Positions 8,292-18,088 of a DNA stretch of 37,127 bases are shown one piece after another; within the stretch, counting starts at the first letter, position 1, and the number at the start of each line of letters is the position of its first letter. This DNA comes from a virus (lineage: Duplodnaviria; Caudoviricetes): the IMG/VR virus record IMGVR_UViG_3300012942_000087, positions 1-37,127 of that record; one strand, 5' to 3'. Made by a program: the position numbers and the translations under genes. The notes under the pieces were generated by a model. The model was not told the origin of the DNA. It saw only the letters and a list, made by a program, of their open reading frames with translations, and did no database searches.

Positions 8292-10786
8292 TGGCGCTGC
8301 CCCCCGTATTCATTGAATTCGTGGGCTCTTACAAGGGTCTGAAGGCGACGGTTTCCGGTGTCAAAAAGGAGCTAGCGACCGTTGAGGGCGAAGGCGGACA
8401 GTACATGTCCAAGCTTTCCGCCGTCAGCAAGGCCGCGCTTCTCGGTATCGGCATTGCCGCTGTAGGCGTGGCTGGCAAGTCGGTAATGATGGCTTCGCAG
8501 TTTCAAGCGAGCATGCTGCGAATATCGACCAACGCGGGGCTCCCTCGGTCGCAGATCAAGGGACTCAGCGACGACGTGCTGAATCTCGCGGGCCAGGTCG
8601 GGTTCTCGCCCGATTCGCTCAGCGAGGCGCTTTACCACATTGAGTCGTCCTTTGCCTCTACCGGAATTACCGGTCAGAAGGCAATGGAGCTGCTGAAGGT
8701 AGCAGCCGAAGGCGCGCAGGTCGGCGGGGCGGATCTGACCGACGTGACCAACGCGCTGAACGCTGCGGTGTCCTCCGGTATCCCCGGCGTCGAGAACTTC
8801 TCTCAGGCCATGGGCGCACTAAACGCGATCGTCGGTTCCGGCGATATGCACATGCAAGACCTAGCCGACGCGCTAGGCACGGGCGTACTCGCTGTCGTCA
8901 AGGGCTACGGCCTGTCGCTCAAAGACGTTGGCGCTGCGCTGGCCACCTTTGGTGACAACAACATCAGAGGCGCCGCCGCTGCGACGGATCTGCGCATGGC
9001 CGTTCAGGCTATGGCGGTTCCGGCAAAGGCAGGCGCAGAGGCACTAAACAAGATCGGGTTGACTGCGAAGTCACTCGGCGCGGATATGGAAAAGGGCGGG
9101 CTGAAGCTTGCACTTAACGATCTCGTCAACCACATGCGCAAGGCGGGCGTGACAGCGAAGGAACAGGGCGACCTGATTACCACGATCTTCGGAAAGAAGG
9201 CGGGTGGTGGTCTAGCGGTTCTGGCCGGACAGATCGATCGCGTGAATTCGAAGTATCCGGAGCTGTCCAAGGGCGCGAACGGATTCGGCGCTGCGGTAAA
9301 CGCGAACAATGCAACCTTCCAGCAGAAAATGAAGGATGCGCAAGCCGCAATGGACGCGCTAGGCGTCAAGATTGGCACCGCGCTGCTGCCCGTCGCAACC
9401 AAGATTCTAGGTGGCATGAGCAAGGTTGTGTCCTTCCTCACTGCCCATTCCGGCGCGTTGATCGCTTTCTCCGTCGCGCTGGGTGCCGTGGGTATCGGCT
9501 TCGCCGCCGCATCCATTGCGTCGTGGTCGTTCACTGACTCGCTGCTAGCAGACCCGATCACGTGGATTGTCGCGGGAATCGTGCTGCTGATCGCGGGCAT
9601 TGTTGAGCTGATCATGCATTGGAAGTCAATTGCCGCATGGCTTGACTCCGCATGGCACGACACGGTACACGCCCTAGGCACAGCGTGGCGCTGGCTAGTG
9701 AACGAGACATCGGCAGCTTGGCAGGATATCCAGAGCGGACTAAAGACGGCTTGGCACGCTGTGGCGAGCTTCTTTTCGACGGGCTGGCACACCGTGGTCG
9801 ACCCGATCGTGAACGGCTGGCATTGGCTAGCCAATACGTCAGCCGCAATTTGGAACGGAATCTCTGGATTCTTCCGGAAGTGGTGGCCGCTTCTGCTGGT
9901 CATCTTCGCGCCGTTCATCGCGGTGATCGTCGCCACGTGGAATCACTTTCACCAGCAGATCATCGGGACAGCGGAAGCGATATGGAACAGGATTCGCACG
10001 TTCCTAAGCGTGGCGTGGGCGATGATTTCGAGTGACGCGAAGGCCGTTTGGGGCGATATCGAAACATTCTTCCGTCTACTGGGCCGCTCGATTTCCCAGC
10101 AATTCCACTTTATCTGGGACCCGCTGTCTAACTGGCTCTCGGGAATTTGGAATCGGACCAAGACTCTCGCCCGCTCGGCGTGGGGACTGATCGAGACCTA
10201 CATAGTCAACCCGGTCCGGAGTGCAGCGCGCACGCTGGTCACTTGGATGTCAAACATCTACAACACGGTTACCGGGAAGCTCATGACGGCCGTTAACCGG
10301 GCTCGGGCCCTCCTTTCCCATTGGTATGACATCGGAAAGGCGATGGTCATGGGAATGGTCAACGGCATTGAGGGTGCGGCCGGGTATCTCTACAACAAGC
10401 TAGAGAATGTCGCCAACAATGCGCTGAACGCCGCTAAGAACTTCCTTGGTATTCACTCGCCGTCGCGTCTGTTTGCCAGCGAGGTTGGCCAATGGATCTC
10501 GCACGGCATCGCGCAGGGTGTGACCGACAACGCGCACGTGGCCACCAACGCCGTTCGTAGCGTCTCCGCTGCCATGGTCGGCGCGGTTGGCGGCAACCTC
10601 GGTACCGGCCTGCGCCCCTCGCTGGGAACCGCCGGCCTGTCGGGCGGACGGGTCGTCCAGAACGTCGTACAGGTTGAGGTCAAGGGCAGTGTGCGCAGCG
10701 ACCGTGACCTACGTGACGTGATTCAGCAAGAAATGCTGCGCCTAGGCGGTCGGAACGCGACCACGTGGGCGCCGTACCGGCTCTAG
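8291..10786 (+). CDS. Tape measure protein (TP901-like core)
   Basis: 831 aa, Ala/Gly-rich, periodic Trp repeats, C-terminal LGIHSPSRLF. Confidence 0.93.
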   Translation: MALPPVFIEFVGSYKGLKATVSGVKKELATVEGEGGQYMSKLSAVSKAALLGIGIAAVGVAGKSVMMASQFQASMLRISTNAGLPRSQIKGLSDDVLNLAGQVGFSPDSLSEALYHIESSFASTGITGQKAMELLKVAAEGAQVGGADLTDVTNALNAAVSSGIPGVENFSQAMGALNAIVGSGDMHMQDLADALGTGVLAVVKGYGLSLKDVGAALATFGDNNIRGAAAATDLRMAVQAMAVPAKAGAEALNKIGLTAKSLGADMEKGGLKLALNDLVNHMRKAGVTAKEQGDLITTIFGKKAGGGLAVLAGQIDRVNSKYPELSKGANGFGAAVNANNATFQQKMKDAQAAMDALGVKIGTALLPVATKILGGMSKVVSFLTAHSGALIAFSVALGAVGIGFAAASIASWSFTDSLLADPITWIVAGIVLLIAGIVELIMHWKSIAAWLDSAWHDTVHALGTAWRWLVNETSAAWQDIQSGLKTAWHAVASFFSTGWHTVVDPIVNGWHWLANTSAAIWNGISGFFRKWWPLLLVIFAPFIAVIVATWNHFHQQIIGTAEAIWNRIRTFLSVAWAMISSDAKAVWGDIETFFRLLGRSISQQFHFIWDPLSNWLSGIWNRTKTLARSAWGLIETYIVNPVRSAARTLVTWMSNIYNTVTGKLMTAVNRARALLSHWYDIGKAMVMGMVNGIEGAAGYLYNKLENVANNALNAAKNFLGIHSPSRLFASEVGQWISHGIAQGVTDNAHVATNAVRSVSAAMVGAVGGNLGTGLRPSLGTAGLSGGRVVQNVVQVEVKGSVRSDRDLRDVIQQEMLRLGGRNATTWAPYRL

Positions 10787-10800
10787 TGCGTGGTTTACGG

Positions 10801-10824
10801 GCAACTCCTCACGTGGGGAGTTGC
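10801..10824. promoter_or_regulatory. 24-bp palindrome copy 3, extended by TACGG/CCGTA flanks (10796..10829)
   Basis: GCAACTCCTCACGTGGGGAGTTGC between the TMP and minor tail genes. Confidence 0.85.
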
Positions 10825-10846
10825 CCGTATCCGGAGAGGTTTTCAG

Positions 10847-13672
10847 TTGGCGAACATGCCCTCATGGCCCGTGCTGCTCTCTGAGTGGTCGGCCGCATAC
10901 AATGCAAACGGCGGGGCGATGCCCACCACGTGGGTAGACGTGACTAACCGCTCGCTGACCTCCGACAGCGTGAAGCGCGGTAGGCAGTATGAGCTAGATC
11001 AGGTCCAAGCCGGAGAGCTGTCCGCCACGCTGCGGAACGATGATGCCGCGCTGGACCCGACCAACACGGCTGGGCCTTTCGCCGGGAAGATCGCCCCGTA
11101 TCAGCCGTACCGGCTACGCGTGCAGTATCCGCCTACTCCGAACCTACTGACGTACCTTCAGGCGACCGGGGGAGAGGGATACGGCGCGGGTCTGATCCCG
11201 TCCAGCTTCGGCGTGCACTCCGCTACCGATTCGACTGGTGGGCAGATAGTCATACCGGGCGACGCGTGGGACGGGCTCAACGTCTTTCAGTTCTCGGTCG
11301 CGTCGAATGTGGGCGCCGGATCTCGTATCGGAACCCTAGACGCCAGCGTTTCCCCGGGGGCGACGTACACGCTTCAGCTTCGTGCCCGCTGTGCTACCGC
11401 TGGGGCAACTGCGATCGTCAAGCCGGTCATTGCCTTCTATGGCTCTACGGCGGGGGCGGGCCCAAGTCACTTCAAGTACGGAAGCGTCGTCAACCTCACT
11501 GGCACCGGGTGGACTTACATAACCGTGACGGTTACGGCTCCGGCATCCTGCTACGGCCTCACGGCGGGCCTCTCGACCGGCGGGGCGGCGGGGGTGGCGT
11601 ACTCCCTACAGATGGACGGAATCCAGCTTGAGCGGGGCTCTACGGCCTCCCCGTGGCAGGCTCCCGGCACGTGGTATCCGCTGTTCTCTGGATTCGTTGA
11701 GCGCTGGCCATCCGCATGGAAGGAAGCGGGCGGCTACGGCACGGTTCAGCCGACCGCGACGGATGCTCTAGCGCTGCTGTCGCAAGTGAACCTCAGCGAC
11801 TCGCTTACGGAGGAGATCAACGCCCACAATCCGCGCTTTCTGTTCAAGCTGAACGATCCGCAGGATAGCGCCAGTGCGGCGGACGCGACGGGCAATTTTC
11901 CTAGCGCTCCGGTAGAGAACAGCAAGTACGGAACGGGCTCGCTGACCTTCGGTACGCAGATCACGTCAGCCACGGCGGGCGGGGCGTTCACGGGGTCCAG
12001 CGATACTGTCATGACGCTAGCGAACCCGTGGGCCGGTCTGAACGCCATTTCCCCGGCCTCTTTCATCTCGCTTGACCGGGTGGGGATCGTGGGCCCGGCG
12101 AATCCGAGCGGGACATGGTCTCGCATGTTTGCCTTCCGCTGCACCACTCAGCCGAGTGCTGGCAGCGTGATTTGGTCCGCCTTCGGAAAGGGCGGTGGCT
12201 ACGGCAATCCAGTGATGAACTGGTCAATCGTCCCGGTCGGCAGTGGGCACCAGATCAAGCTAACCATCTCCGGTCCGACCACCACGCACACGGATTTCTT
12301 CCCCGCTGGGCAGAGCGAAATTGCGGATTCGAATTGGCACCTTGTGATCGCGTCCTATTCGCACGCCAATGCCACGCTGATGATTTCGCTAGATGGTGTG
12401 ACGACCACGTGGGCGAACTTCAATACGGCGCTTGAGCCTGTTGGGCTGGTCTGCGACAACCTGGGCACCTGGGCGGACAAGACGACCGGATACGGTGCCG
12501 TGTTCAACTACGCGGGCGATCTCGCATTTGCCTGCGAGTGGCCTACCGCGCTGACTTCCGACGACATGGGAAATCTCTACAGCGCGTGGCGATCCGCGTG
12601 CGCGGGCGAGTCTGCTGGGGCGCGCTACTCGCGCATTCTGCGGTATGCGGGTTACGCGGGCGCGGCGAACGTTGCGACCGGCCTTACCACAAACATGGGT
12701 CCGGCCACCGATATTGACGGCAGCGACGCACTCACGGCGCTTCAGAACGTCGTCACCACCGAGAACGGCGAACACTTCGTGGGCGCTGACGGAACACTCA
12801 CGTTCCGGGGACGCGACGCGCGGTACAACGCGCTGACGCCGGTCTACACCTTCGGCGAGAACGGAGCCGGGGGCGAGATTCCTTACGAGGATCTGCAACT
12901 CGACTTTGACAGCACGCACCTAGCCAACGACGCCACGATTACGCAGAACGGCACTTCGCAGACCTTCTACGCGAAGGATGCGACTAGCATCGCCAACTTT
13001 TTTGACCGCACGTTCACGCGCACGGTCAACGCGGAAGATCCCAACGAGTGCCAGGATGCGGCTAACTACTTGGTTTCGCGCTACCGGAATCCGCTAACCC
13101 GTGTCGCCTCGCTGACGCTGAATCCAGCGGCGAATCCGGCGATATGGCCTGCCTGCCTGAGCCTTGAGCTAGGCATGCGGATACGGGTGATGCGACGGCC
13201 GTTCAACTGCCCGCCGATCACGCTAGATGTGTTCATCGAGCAAATCTCATGGGACATAGACGACAAGGGCGGGGTATCCCTTGTGATCCAGTGCTCGCCC
13301 GCTGATGTTACGCCCTACGCGCTCGTGGCGGCTTGGCACAGCACGCTCTACGCGGCTAAGGCGGCGGGCACCTACGGCTTCCCGGTCGGGCCGATGGACG
13401 GGAACAACAGCCTTGCGCTTGGCGCGGAGGTCTACCCCGGTACTCAACTGGTGATCGATCCCGGCCTGAGCACGCAGGAAACGCTGACCGTGGCTTCTGT
13501 CGGCGCCACCACGGCGGGCAGTTGGACCAACGGGACTATCACGATGACAACCGCGTCCAAGTATGCCCACGCCGCCGGAGCCGTCATCACGGAGCCGCTG
13601 CCGACCGGCGTAACCAACCCTGCGACTTGGGACAACAGCGCGGTAATCGACTCTATCGCGCTGTCCTATTAG
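10847..13672 (+). CDS. Large minor tail / baseplate protein with CBM-like and LamG-like inserts
   Basis: N-terminal WVDVT..VKRGRQYELD..AG, DGIQLERGSTASPW, DSNWHLV; TTG start after GGAGAGG. Confidence 0.75.
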   Translation: MANMPSWPVLLSEWSAAYNANGGAMPTTWVDVTNRSLTSDSVKRGRQYELDQVQAGELSATLRNDDAALDPTNTAGPFAGKIAPYQPYRLRVQYPPTPNLLTYLQATGGEGYGAGLIPSSFGVHSATDSTGGQIVIPGDAWDGLNVFQFSVASNVGAGSRIGTLDASVSPGATYTLQLRARCATAGATAIVKPVIAFYGSTAGAGPSHFKYGSVVNLTGTGWTYITVTVTAPASCYGLTAGLSTGGAAGVAYSLQMDGIQLERGSTASPWQAPGTWYPLFSGFVERWPSAWKEAGGYGTVQPTATDALALLSQVNLSDSLTEEINAHNPRFLFKLNDPQDSASAADATGNFPSAPVENSKYGTGSLTFGTQITSATAGGAFTGSSDTVMTLANPWAGLNAISPASFISLDRVGIVGPANPSGTWSRMFAFRCTTQPSAGSVIWSAFGKGGGYGNPVMNWSIVPVGSGHQIKLTISGPTTTHTDFFPAGQSEIADSNWHLVIASYSHANATLMISLDGVTTTWANFNTALEPVGLVCDNLGTWADKTTGYGAVFNYAGDLAFACEWPTALTSDDMGNLYSAWRSACAGESAGARYSRILRYAGYAGAANVATGLTTNMGPATDIDGSDALTALQNVVTTENGEHFVGADGTLTFRGRDARYNALTPVYTFGENGAGGEIPYEDLQLDFDSTHLANDATITQNGTSQTFYAKDATSIANFFDRTFTRTVNAEDPNECQDAANYLVSRYRNPLTRVASLTLNPAANPAIWPACLSLELGMRIRVMRRPFNCPPITLDVFIEQISWDIDDKGGVSLVIQCSPADVTPYALVAAWHSTLYAAKAAGTYGFPVGPMDGNNSLALGAEVYPGTQLVIDPGLSTQETLTVASVGATTAGSWTNGTITMTTASKYAHAAGAVITEPLPTGVTNPATWDNSAVIDSIALSY

Positions 13673-13683
13673 GAGAAGACGTA

Positions 13684-14214
13684 ATGACGGCTCGCACCGT
13701 TCCCACGATGAACCCGGTTTCGCCCGGGAACTTCCTGACTTCCTCGCTGTGGAATGGCCAGGTTACGGCGGTCGGAGACTTTGCCCTGACGCCCCCGCTG
13801 TTCCTGGGGTATCAGGGGACGGCTCAGGGGATCGACAGCGGTACATCTCTGGTTTCCGTGAATCTAGATAGCGAAGTGCTGGACTCTGAGGGTGGCCATT
13901 CCACCACCACGAACCCCTCTAGGTACACGGTTCAGGTGGCGGGCACTTACCTGTGCGTCGGCAACCTGGCATACCTCGGGAACACCTCCGGTATCCGATG
14001 CCTAGTGATCGCCAAGAATGGTGTCCGGCAGTCCTTTATCCAGCAGTCGACATCTTCCTACGGCGGATGGGCCGGGACGCTTACGTGCCTTGTCCCGTGC
14101 GCTGTCGGGGATTACCTAGAGCTACAGACATACCAGAATTCCGGCGCGTCCCTGAACACCGACCCGACGTACCAACAGAACGTGTCACTGTCCGCGCTGT
14201 GGCTTTCCAAGTAG
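13684..14214 (+). CDS. Minor tail protein with C1q/TNF-like beta-sandwich (possible receptor binding)
   Basis: NPSRYTVQVAGTY, GDYLELQTYQNSG; AGGAG RBS. Confidence 0.65.
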   Translation: MTARTVPTMNPVSPGNFLTSSLWNGQVTAVGDFALTPPLFLGYQGTAQGIDSGTSLVSVNLDSEVLDSEGGHSTTTNPSRYTVQVAGTYLCVGNLAYLGNTSGIRCLVIAKNGVRQSFIQQSTSSYGGWAGTLTCLVPCAVGDYLELQTYQNSGASLNTDPTYQQNVSLSALWLSK

Positions 14215-14223
14215 GGAGTGCAA

Positions 14224-15096
14224 ATGAGTTTGATTTTCGGGTACGACGTTTCCTCTTATCAGTCGGAGACCTTCCCCACCAGCGGCATTGCGTTCGCCAT
14301 TGCGAAGGCAACCGAGAACACCACCTACGTCAACCCGCACTACGCCGGACAGCTTGCCCACGCGCGCGGGGCCGGGCTGGTCGTGGGGCATTACCACTTC
14401 GGCACTTCCGCCGATGGCGCCGCCGAGTTCGCGTGGTTCGCCCGGCATGCCGACGTTCGCGCGGGCGACATCATCGCTTTCGACTGGGAAGAGTCCAGCG
14501 TCTCGCAGGCTTCCCGCGATGCGTTCCTGAAGGCAGCGAAGGCGCATTACCCGCACAACCGGGTGATTCTGTACTGCAACATTTCGTATTGGAAGACTCG
14601 GGACACCGAGAACTACGACGCTGACGGGCTCTGGATTGCCGACCCGTCCCACGCTGCCGGACACCCGAACGTCAAGGCCGCTTGGGTCATTCACCAGTAC
14701 TCCAGCGCGAACGGCATTGACCACAACGTCGCCAACTTCGCCAGCGAGGCAGCCATGCGCACGTGGGCCGAGGGTCTGATCCCGAAGGCTCCGGCAAAGG
14801 TGGCTTATCCGATCGTCGCCACCGAGACCGTTCACTACACCGTGACCCCGCGCGTGGCATTCAAGGCCGCTGGCAACATCACGGTGAAGCGGATCGGGCT
14901 CGCCGTGCGTGACAGCAAGGGCGGGCATCACGACTTCGGCGGCTCCGCCGTGAACGTGACTCTCAAGGCCGGGCAGGTCTGGTATCTGTCGCTTGAGGGT
15001 CAGGTTCTCGCCCCGGGCGCGTACACCGTTTTCGGGTGCTACCAGACCGCTGACGGGGTGTGGCACAACTGCTCTCCCGTCACGCTGAAGGTGTAA
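14224..15096 (+). CDS. Endolysin, GH25 muramidase plus C-terminal beta domain
   Basis: YDVSSYQ, AKATE, GHYHF, FDWE, HQYSS, IDHNV (alternative GTG start at 14218). Confidence 0.9.
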   Translation: MSLIFGYDVSSYQSETFPTSGIAFAIAKATENTTYVNPHYAGQLAHARGAGLVVGHYHFGTSADGAAEFAWFARHADVRAGDIIAFDWEESSVSQASRDAFLKAAKAHYPHNRVILYCNISYWKTRDTENYDADGLWIADPSHAAGHPNVKAAWVIHQYSSANGIDHNVANFASEAAMRTWAEGLIPKAPAKVAYPIVATETVHYTVTPRVAFKAAGNITVKRIGLAVRDSKGGHHDFGGSAVNVTLKAGQVWYLSLEGQVLAPGAYTVFGCYQTADGVWHNCSPVTLKV

Positions 15097-15100
15097 GCGG

Positions 15101-15409
15101 ATGGCGGGCGAGAACATCACTCCTGACGCCGCGTGGGTAATGGGTTCGGTGGCGACTGCTCTTATTGCCACCGGACCCGCCTACATCACAGCGCGGAGTC
15201 AGAAGAGGCGCGCACGTCGAGAGCACGAAGAGACCCGCAGCACCGTAGAGAGCGCGATTCTCTCCGCTGTCGGCTCGCTAGACGGACGCCTAGACGAAGT
15301 AAGTAAGCGGCTCGACAGTATCCAGAATTGGCAGGCAGGCCACGCGGCGGACCACGCCGTGTACGGCATGCGAAATCGGAGGCTAGAGCGGCGTGACGAC
15401 TCTGGCTAG
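15101..15409 (+). CDS. Lysis-cassette membrane protein (one TM plus coiled coil)
   Basis: N-terminal hydrophobic helix; follows the lysin. Confidence 0.6.
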   Translation: MAGENITPDAAWVMGSVATALIATGPAYITARSQKRRARREHEETRSTVESAILSAVGSLDGRLDEVSKRLDSIQNWQAGHAADHAVYGMRNRRLERRDDSG

Positions 15410-15551
15410 TTACTGGTCGGCGATTTGGCCGAACCTCGCGGCGGACGTGATTTGGACCGTGCCGCTTTGGCTCTGGCACCACTCGCGCCTGAACCGAATT
15501 CTTGACGAACACACGCGGACGCTCCGCGAACACCTAGGGATTGATGACTGA
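15393..15551 (+). CDS. 52-aa Trp-rich membrane protein, not in the ORF track
   Basis: GTG after GGAGG; MTTLASYWSAIWPNLAADVIWTVPLWLWHH...; TGATG overlap with the next gene. Confidence 0.6.
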   Translation: MTTLASYWSAIWPNLAADVIWTVPLWLWHHSRLNRILDEHTRTLREHLGIDD

Positions 15552-15940
15552 TGGCAAGCGTTTCTAGCAAGGTTTCCGCGTCCACCGTCGGCGCCAGCGT
15601 GAGCACCATGGTTCTTGGCATCGTCGGCCCGCACGTCTTCCCGCACGGTACCCCGGCGGACGTTCAGGGGCTGATCGGCGCTGCCGTGACTGCCGTGGCG
15701 ACCTTCGTGGCCGGCTACCTTGCCAAGCATGAGGCGGTAGTCGCGGACGTTGAGAAGGTGGTCGACAAGGCGGAGGAGGTTGCGCAGGCCGTTCCCTTCA
15801 CTCAGATCCGCGAGGCGCTGGCCGACGTGGCCCCGACCCCGGCTCCGGTCGCTGCGGTCGGCTCCTCCGCTGTGAGCGCGGCCCCGGTTGCTCCGCCTGT
15901 GGCGCAGGTCACTCCGCCGGTGGCTCAGCCGCTCGCCTGA
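15551..15940 (+). CDS. Holin-like protein (two TM helices, Ala/Pro/Val tail)
   Basis: VSSKV.ASTVGA ... TFVAGYLA pattern typical of actinophage holins. Confidence 0.65.
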   Translation: MASVSSKVSASTVGASVSTMVLGIVGPHVFPHGTPADVQGLIGAAVTAVATFVAGYLAKHEAVVADVEKVVDKAEEVAQAVPFTQIREALADVAPTPAPVAAVGSSAVSAAPVAPPVAQVTPPVAQPLA

Positions 15941-15941
15941 T

Positions 15942-15960
15942 CGGGTGAGTGGGGTCCGTA
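15942..15960 (+). promoter_or_regulatory. Phage-specific promoter-like motif copy 1
   Basis: CGGGTGAGTGGGGTCCGTA upstream of the dNMP kinase. Confidence 0.7.
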
Positions 15961-15990
15961 TGACCTCTCAACGACAACATCGGAGGGGCC

Positions 15991-16572
15991 ATGCGGAACA
16001 TCGGGCTTATCGGCAAGATGGGCAGCGGCAAGGACACGGCGGCGCGACTGCTGACGGAGCGGTTCGGCTATGAGCGCGTAGCCTTCGCTGACCCGCTCAA
16101 GGACATGGTTCGTGAGGCTGACCCGATCGTCGCCTATGAACCGGCTGGCTTCGGTCCGCTGCCAATCCACCTGTCGGAAGTGCTTCGGCGCATGAGCTTT
16201 GAAGAGGCCAAGCGCGAGTACACAGAGGTCCGCCGCTCGCTTCAGCGCATCGGCCAAGGTGTCCGGCGACTTGACCCCGATTACTGGGTCAACTTGGCGC
16301 TTCAGAGCGTGCACGCTGCCGAGAAGGCGGGTTTTCCGGTCGTGGTGACCGACGTGCGCTACCCGAATGAGGCCGCCGCCCTAGAGCGCGCCGGGTTCCT
16401 TATGGTCCGGATTGAGCGCGAACAGCGCGGAGCGATGACCATGCGCGAGATCCGCGCGGCAATGCATGAGAGCGAAACAGCGCTAGACAACTACACGGCC
16501 GAGGTGACCATTCACAACGAACATAACGTGTCCGCGCTGCTGGCGTGCGTTGCGGAACTGCCCAATTTCTGA
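15991..16572 (+). CDS. Deoxynucleoside monophosphate kinase
   Basis: GLIGKMGSGKDT P-loop, AFADPLK, VVTDVRYPNE, HESE. Confidence 0.9.
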   Translation: MRNIGLIGKMGSGKDTAARLLTERFGYERVAFADPLKDMVREADPIVAYEPAGFGPLPIHLSEVLRRMSFEEAKREYTEVRRSLQRIGQGVRRLDPDYWVNLALQSVHAAEKAGFPVVVTDVRYPNEAAALERAGFLMVRIEREQRGAMTMREIRAAMHESETALDNYTAEVTIHNEHNVSALLACVAELPNF

Positions 16573-16582
16573 CCCTGAGCCT

Positions 16583-16637
16583 AGCCCCCGTTACTGCCTG
16601 CCTCTGTGCAGCGCGGTAGCGGGGGCTCTTTGCGTTT
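16583..16637 (+). terminator. Intrinsic terminator
   Basis: AGCCCCCGTTACTGC / GCGGTAGCGGGGGCT stem plus CTTTGCGTTT. Confidence 0.75.
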
Positions 16638-16639
16638 GG

Positions 16640-16675
16640 GCAACTCCCCACGTGGGGAGTTGCGTGGGGAGTTGC
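16640..16675. promoter_or_regulatory. 24-bp palindrome copy 4 (16640..16663) plus a duplicated half-site (16664..16675)
   Basis: GCAACTCCCCACGTGGGGAGTTGC-GTGGGGAGTTGC. Confidence 0.85.
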
Positions 16676-16684
16676 GTGTCCCGC

Positions 16685-16713
16685 TTGACCCGGGCCCTGA
16701 GCCCGGCTACTGT
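16685..16713 (+). promoter_or_regulatory. Host sigma70/HrdB-type promoter for the putative repressor
   Basis: TTGACC-17 bp-TACTGT. Confidence 0.6.
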
Positions 16714-16755
16714 ACTTCTCACGGCAAGGCAGACACCAAACAAGGGGTGGCGGAC

Positions 16756-17757
16756 ATGGCGGCGAAGGCGAAGGCTCCCGAGGTTGACCAGGCCGACCTG
16801 CGTGACGAGATCGAGGGCGGCATTGAGCGCGTCCAGTCTCTCGCTGAGGCGGACAATACGGACGGGGCGGCGGAGTTGGCAACGGAGGTTGAGGGGCTGA
16901 TCTCCCAGGTTCGCGCCGAGAACACCGGCAAGACGACTGCGCTCCGTAAGAAGCTCCGGGACCGGCTCCGCAAGGCAGGGCAGGCGCAGTCAGAGCCGAA
17001 GGCCGCTGAGGTAGAGCGCGCGCCGAAGGCTGAGGTTGTCGAAACCGGCGACATGGAACAGCTCATTGCCATGGGCGCTGACCGCGTCCGCGAGGTCACG
17101 GTTGGCAAGCTCAAGGGTAGCCGGCAGATCGCGGAGATCCTTCTCGACATCCGGCGGCGAATCATCCTGCCGGATGGCCTGCCGGACCTGAAGGGGGTTT
17201 CTCAGCGTGCCCGTGACCGTGGCGCAGAGGTCTATGGCCGGGTGCTCTCGGACCTACCCGCTGAGGGCGAGGACGACACGGCGGACGGCATCCGCGCTGA
17301 GATCAACTCGATCAAGAAGAGTGCTTGGAATGCGTTGGGTGACCTGCGAGTCGAGTACGTTCGGTCGCTCGACACTTCCGACGCGGAGGAGCTGAAGCCG
17401 TTCGCGTCGATCTTGGAAGGGCAGGACGGCAGCCCTGCCGAGCTGATCGCCGCCCACTACGATCTTGACTTGCGCACCCGCCGGGAGATCGAGCGGGATC
17501 GTCGGCAGGCGAAGGCGGCCCTTGAAGCTCGCAAGGCGGAGGGCGAGGAGATCAGCGAGGAGGAGGAAGCCGCCGCGCTGGGCGAGAAGGTTGTCAGCCC
17601 CGCCGACGCTGCGAAGGCCGCTGTGCGCAAGATCAAGGGGGCCGTGAAGGCGATCACCGTTGACGGGGTGGACGACACGGAGGACCGCAAGGCGATCCGT
17701 GAAGCCATCGCCGATCAGATCGACGCGCTTCGTCAGATCGCGTCGGAACTGATGTGA
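16756..17757 (+). CDS. Putative immunity repressor
   Basis: Own promoter and terminator, in the position of phiC31 c between dNMP kinase and early genes; helical protein with a DG.PDLKG.S motif; function inferred. Confidence 0.6.
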   Translation: MAAKAKAPEVDQADLRDEIEGGIERVQSLAEADNTDGAAELATEVEGLISQVRAENTGKTTALRKKLRDRLRKAGQAQSEPKAAEVERAPKAEVVETGDMEQLIAMGADRVREVTVGKLKGSRQIAEILLDIRRRIILPDGLPDLKGVSQRARDRGAEVYGRVLSDLPAEGEDDTADGIRAEINSIKKSAWNALGDLRVEYVRSLDTSDAEELKPFASILEGQDGSPAELIAAHYDLDLRTRREIERDRRQAKAALEARKAEGEEISEEEEAAALGEKVVSPADAAKAAVRKIKGAVKAITVDGVDDTEDRKAIREAIADQIDALRQIASELM

Positions 17758-17771
17758 GGTAGCACATCACC

Positions 17772-17802
17772 AGCCCCCATCCGCCCGGGTGGGGGCTTCT
17801 CG
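17772..17802 (+). terminator. Terminator hairpin after the putative repressor
   Basis: AGCCCCCATCC / GGGTGGGGGCT. Confidence 0.65.
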
Positions 17803-17821
17803 TATGAAGGGACGCCATGAC

Positions 17822-18028
17822 GTGTGTGCAGCCCACGTGACCAACACGCGGGCCGGCCGTGTATCGGCCCACCGCGAGTTTGGCACGGCTGAGCTAGCCG
17901 CACAGAACCTAGTGATCCTGCTCCGGTTCGACGGGTGGCCGGAGGACGAGGAAAGCACCGTTAGGCGGTTGATCGGTGGTGAGACGCTCGGACATAAGAA
18001 CTTCGCATACCGCGTCGAGGAGCTGTAA
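17822..18028 (+). CDS. Small hypothetical protein
   Basis: GTG after GAAGGGA; flanked by terminators; start uncertain. Confidence 0.45.
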   Translation: MCAAHVTNTRAGRVSAHREFGTAELAAQNLVILLRFDGWPEDEESTVRRLIGGETLGHKNFAYRVEEL

Positions 18029-18048
18029 CCCGTCTCTGACGGCCTTTT

Positions 18049-18088
18049 AGCCCCGTTGGGTCCTAATGACCGGGCGGGGCTCTTTCGT
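18049..18088 (+). terminator. Intrinsic terminator
   Basis: AGCCCCGTT / GGCGGGGCT plus CTTTCGT. Confidence 0.65.

Noticed and set aside
16606-16755. Track starts that extend ORFs into or through palindrome copies (3205, 10790, 16606, 26013, 30858)
   Set aside because: Extensions cross terminators or operators and yield repeat-derived peptides (NSPRGEL, QLLTWGVA); downstream starts have proper RBSs
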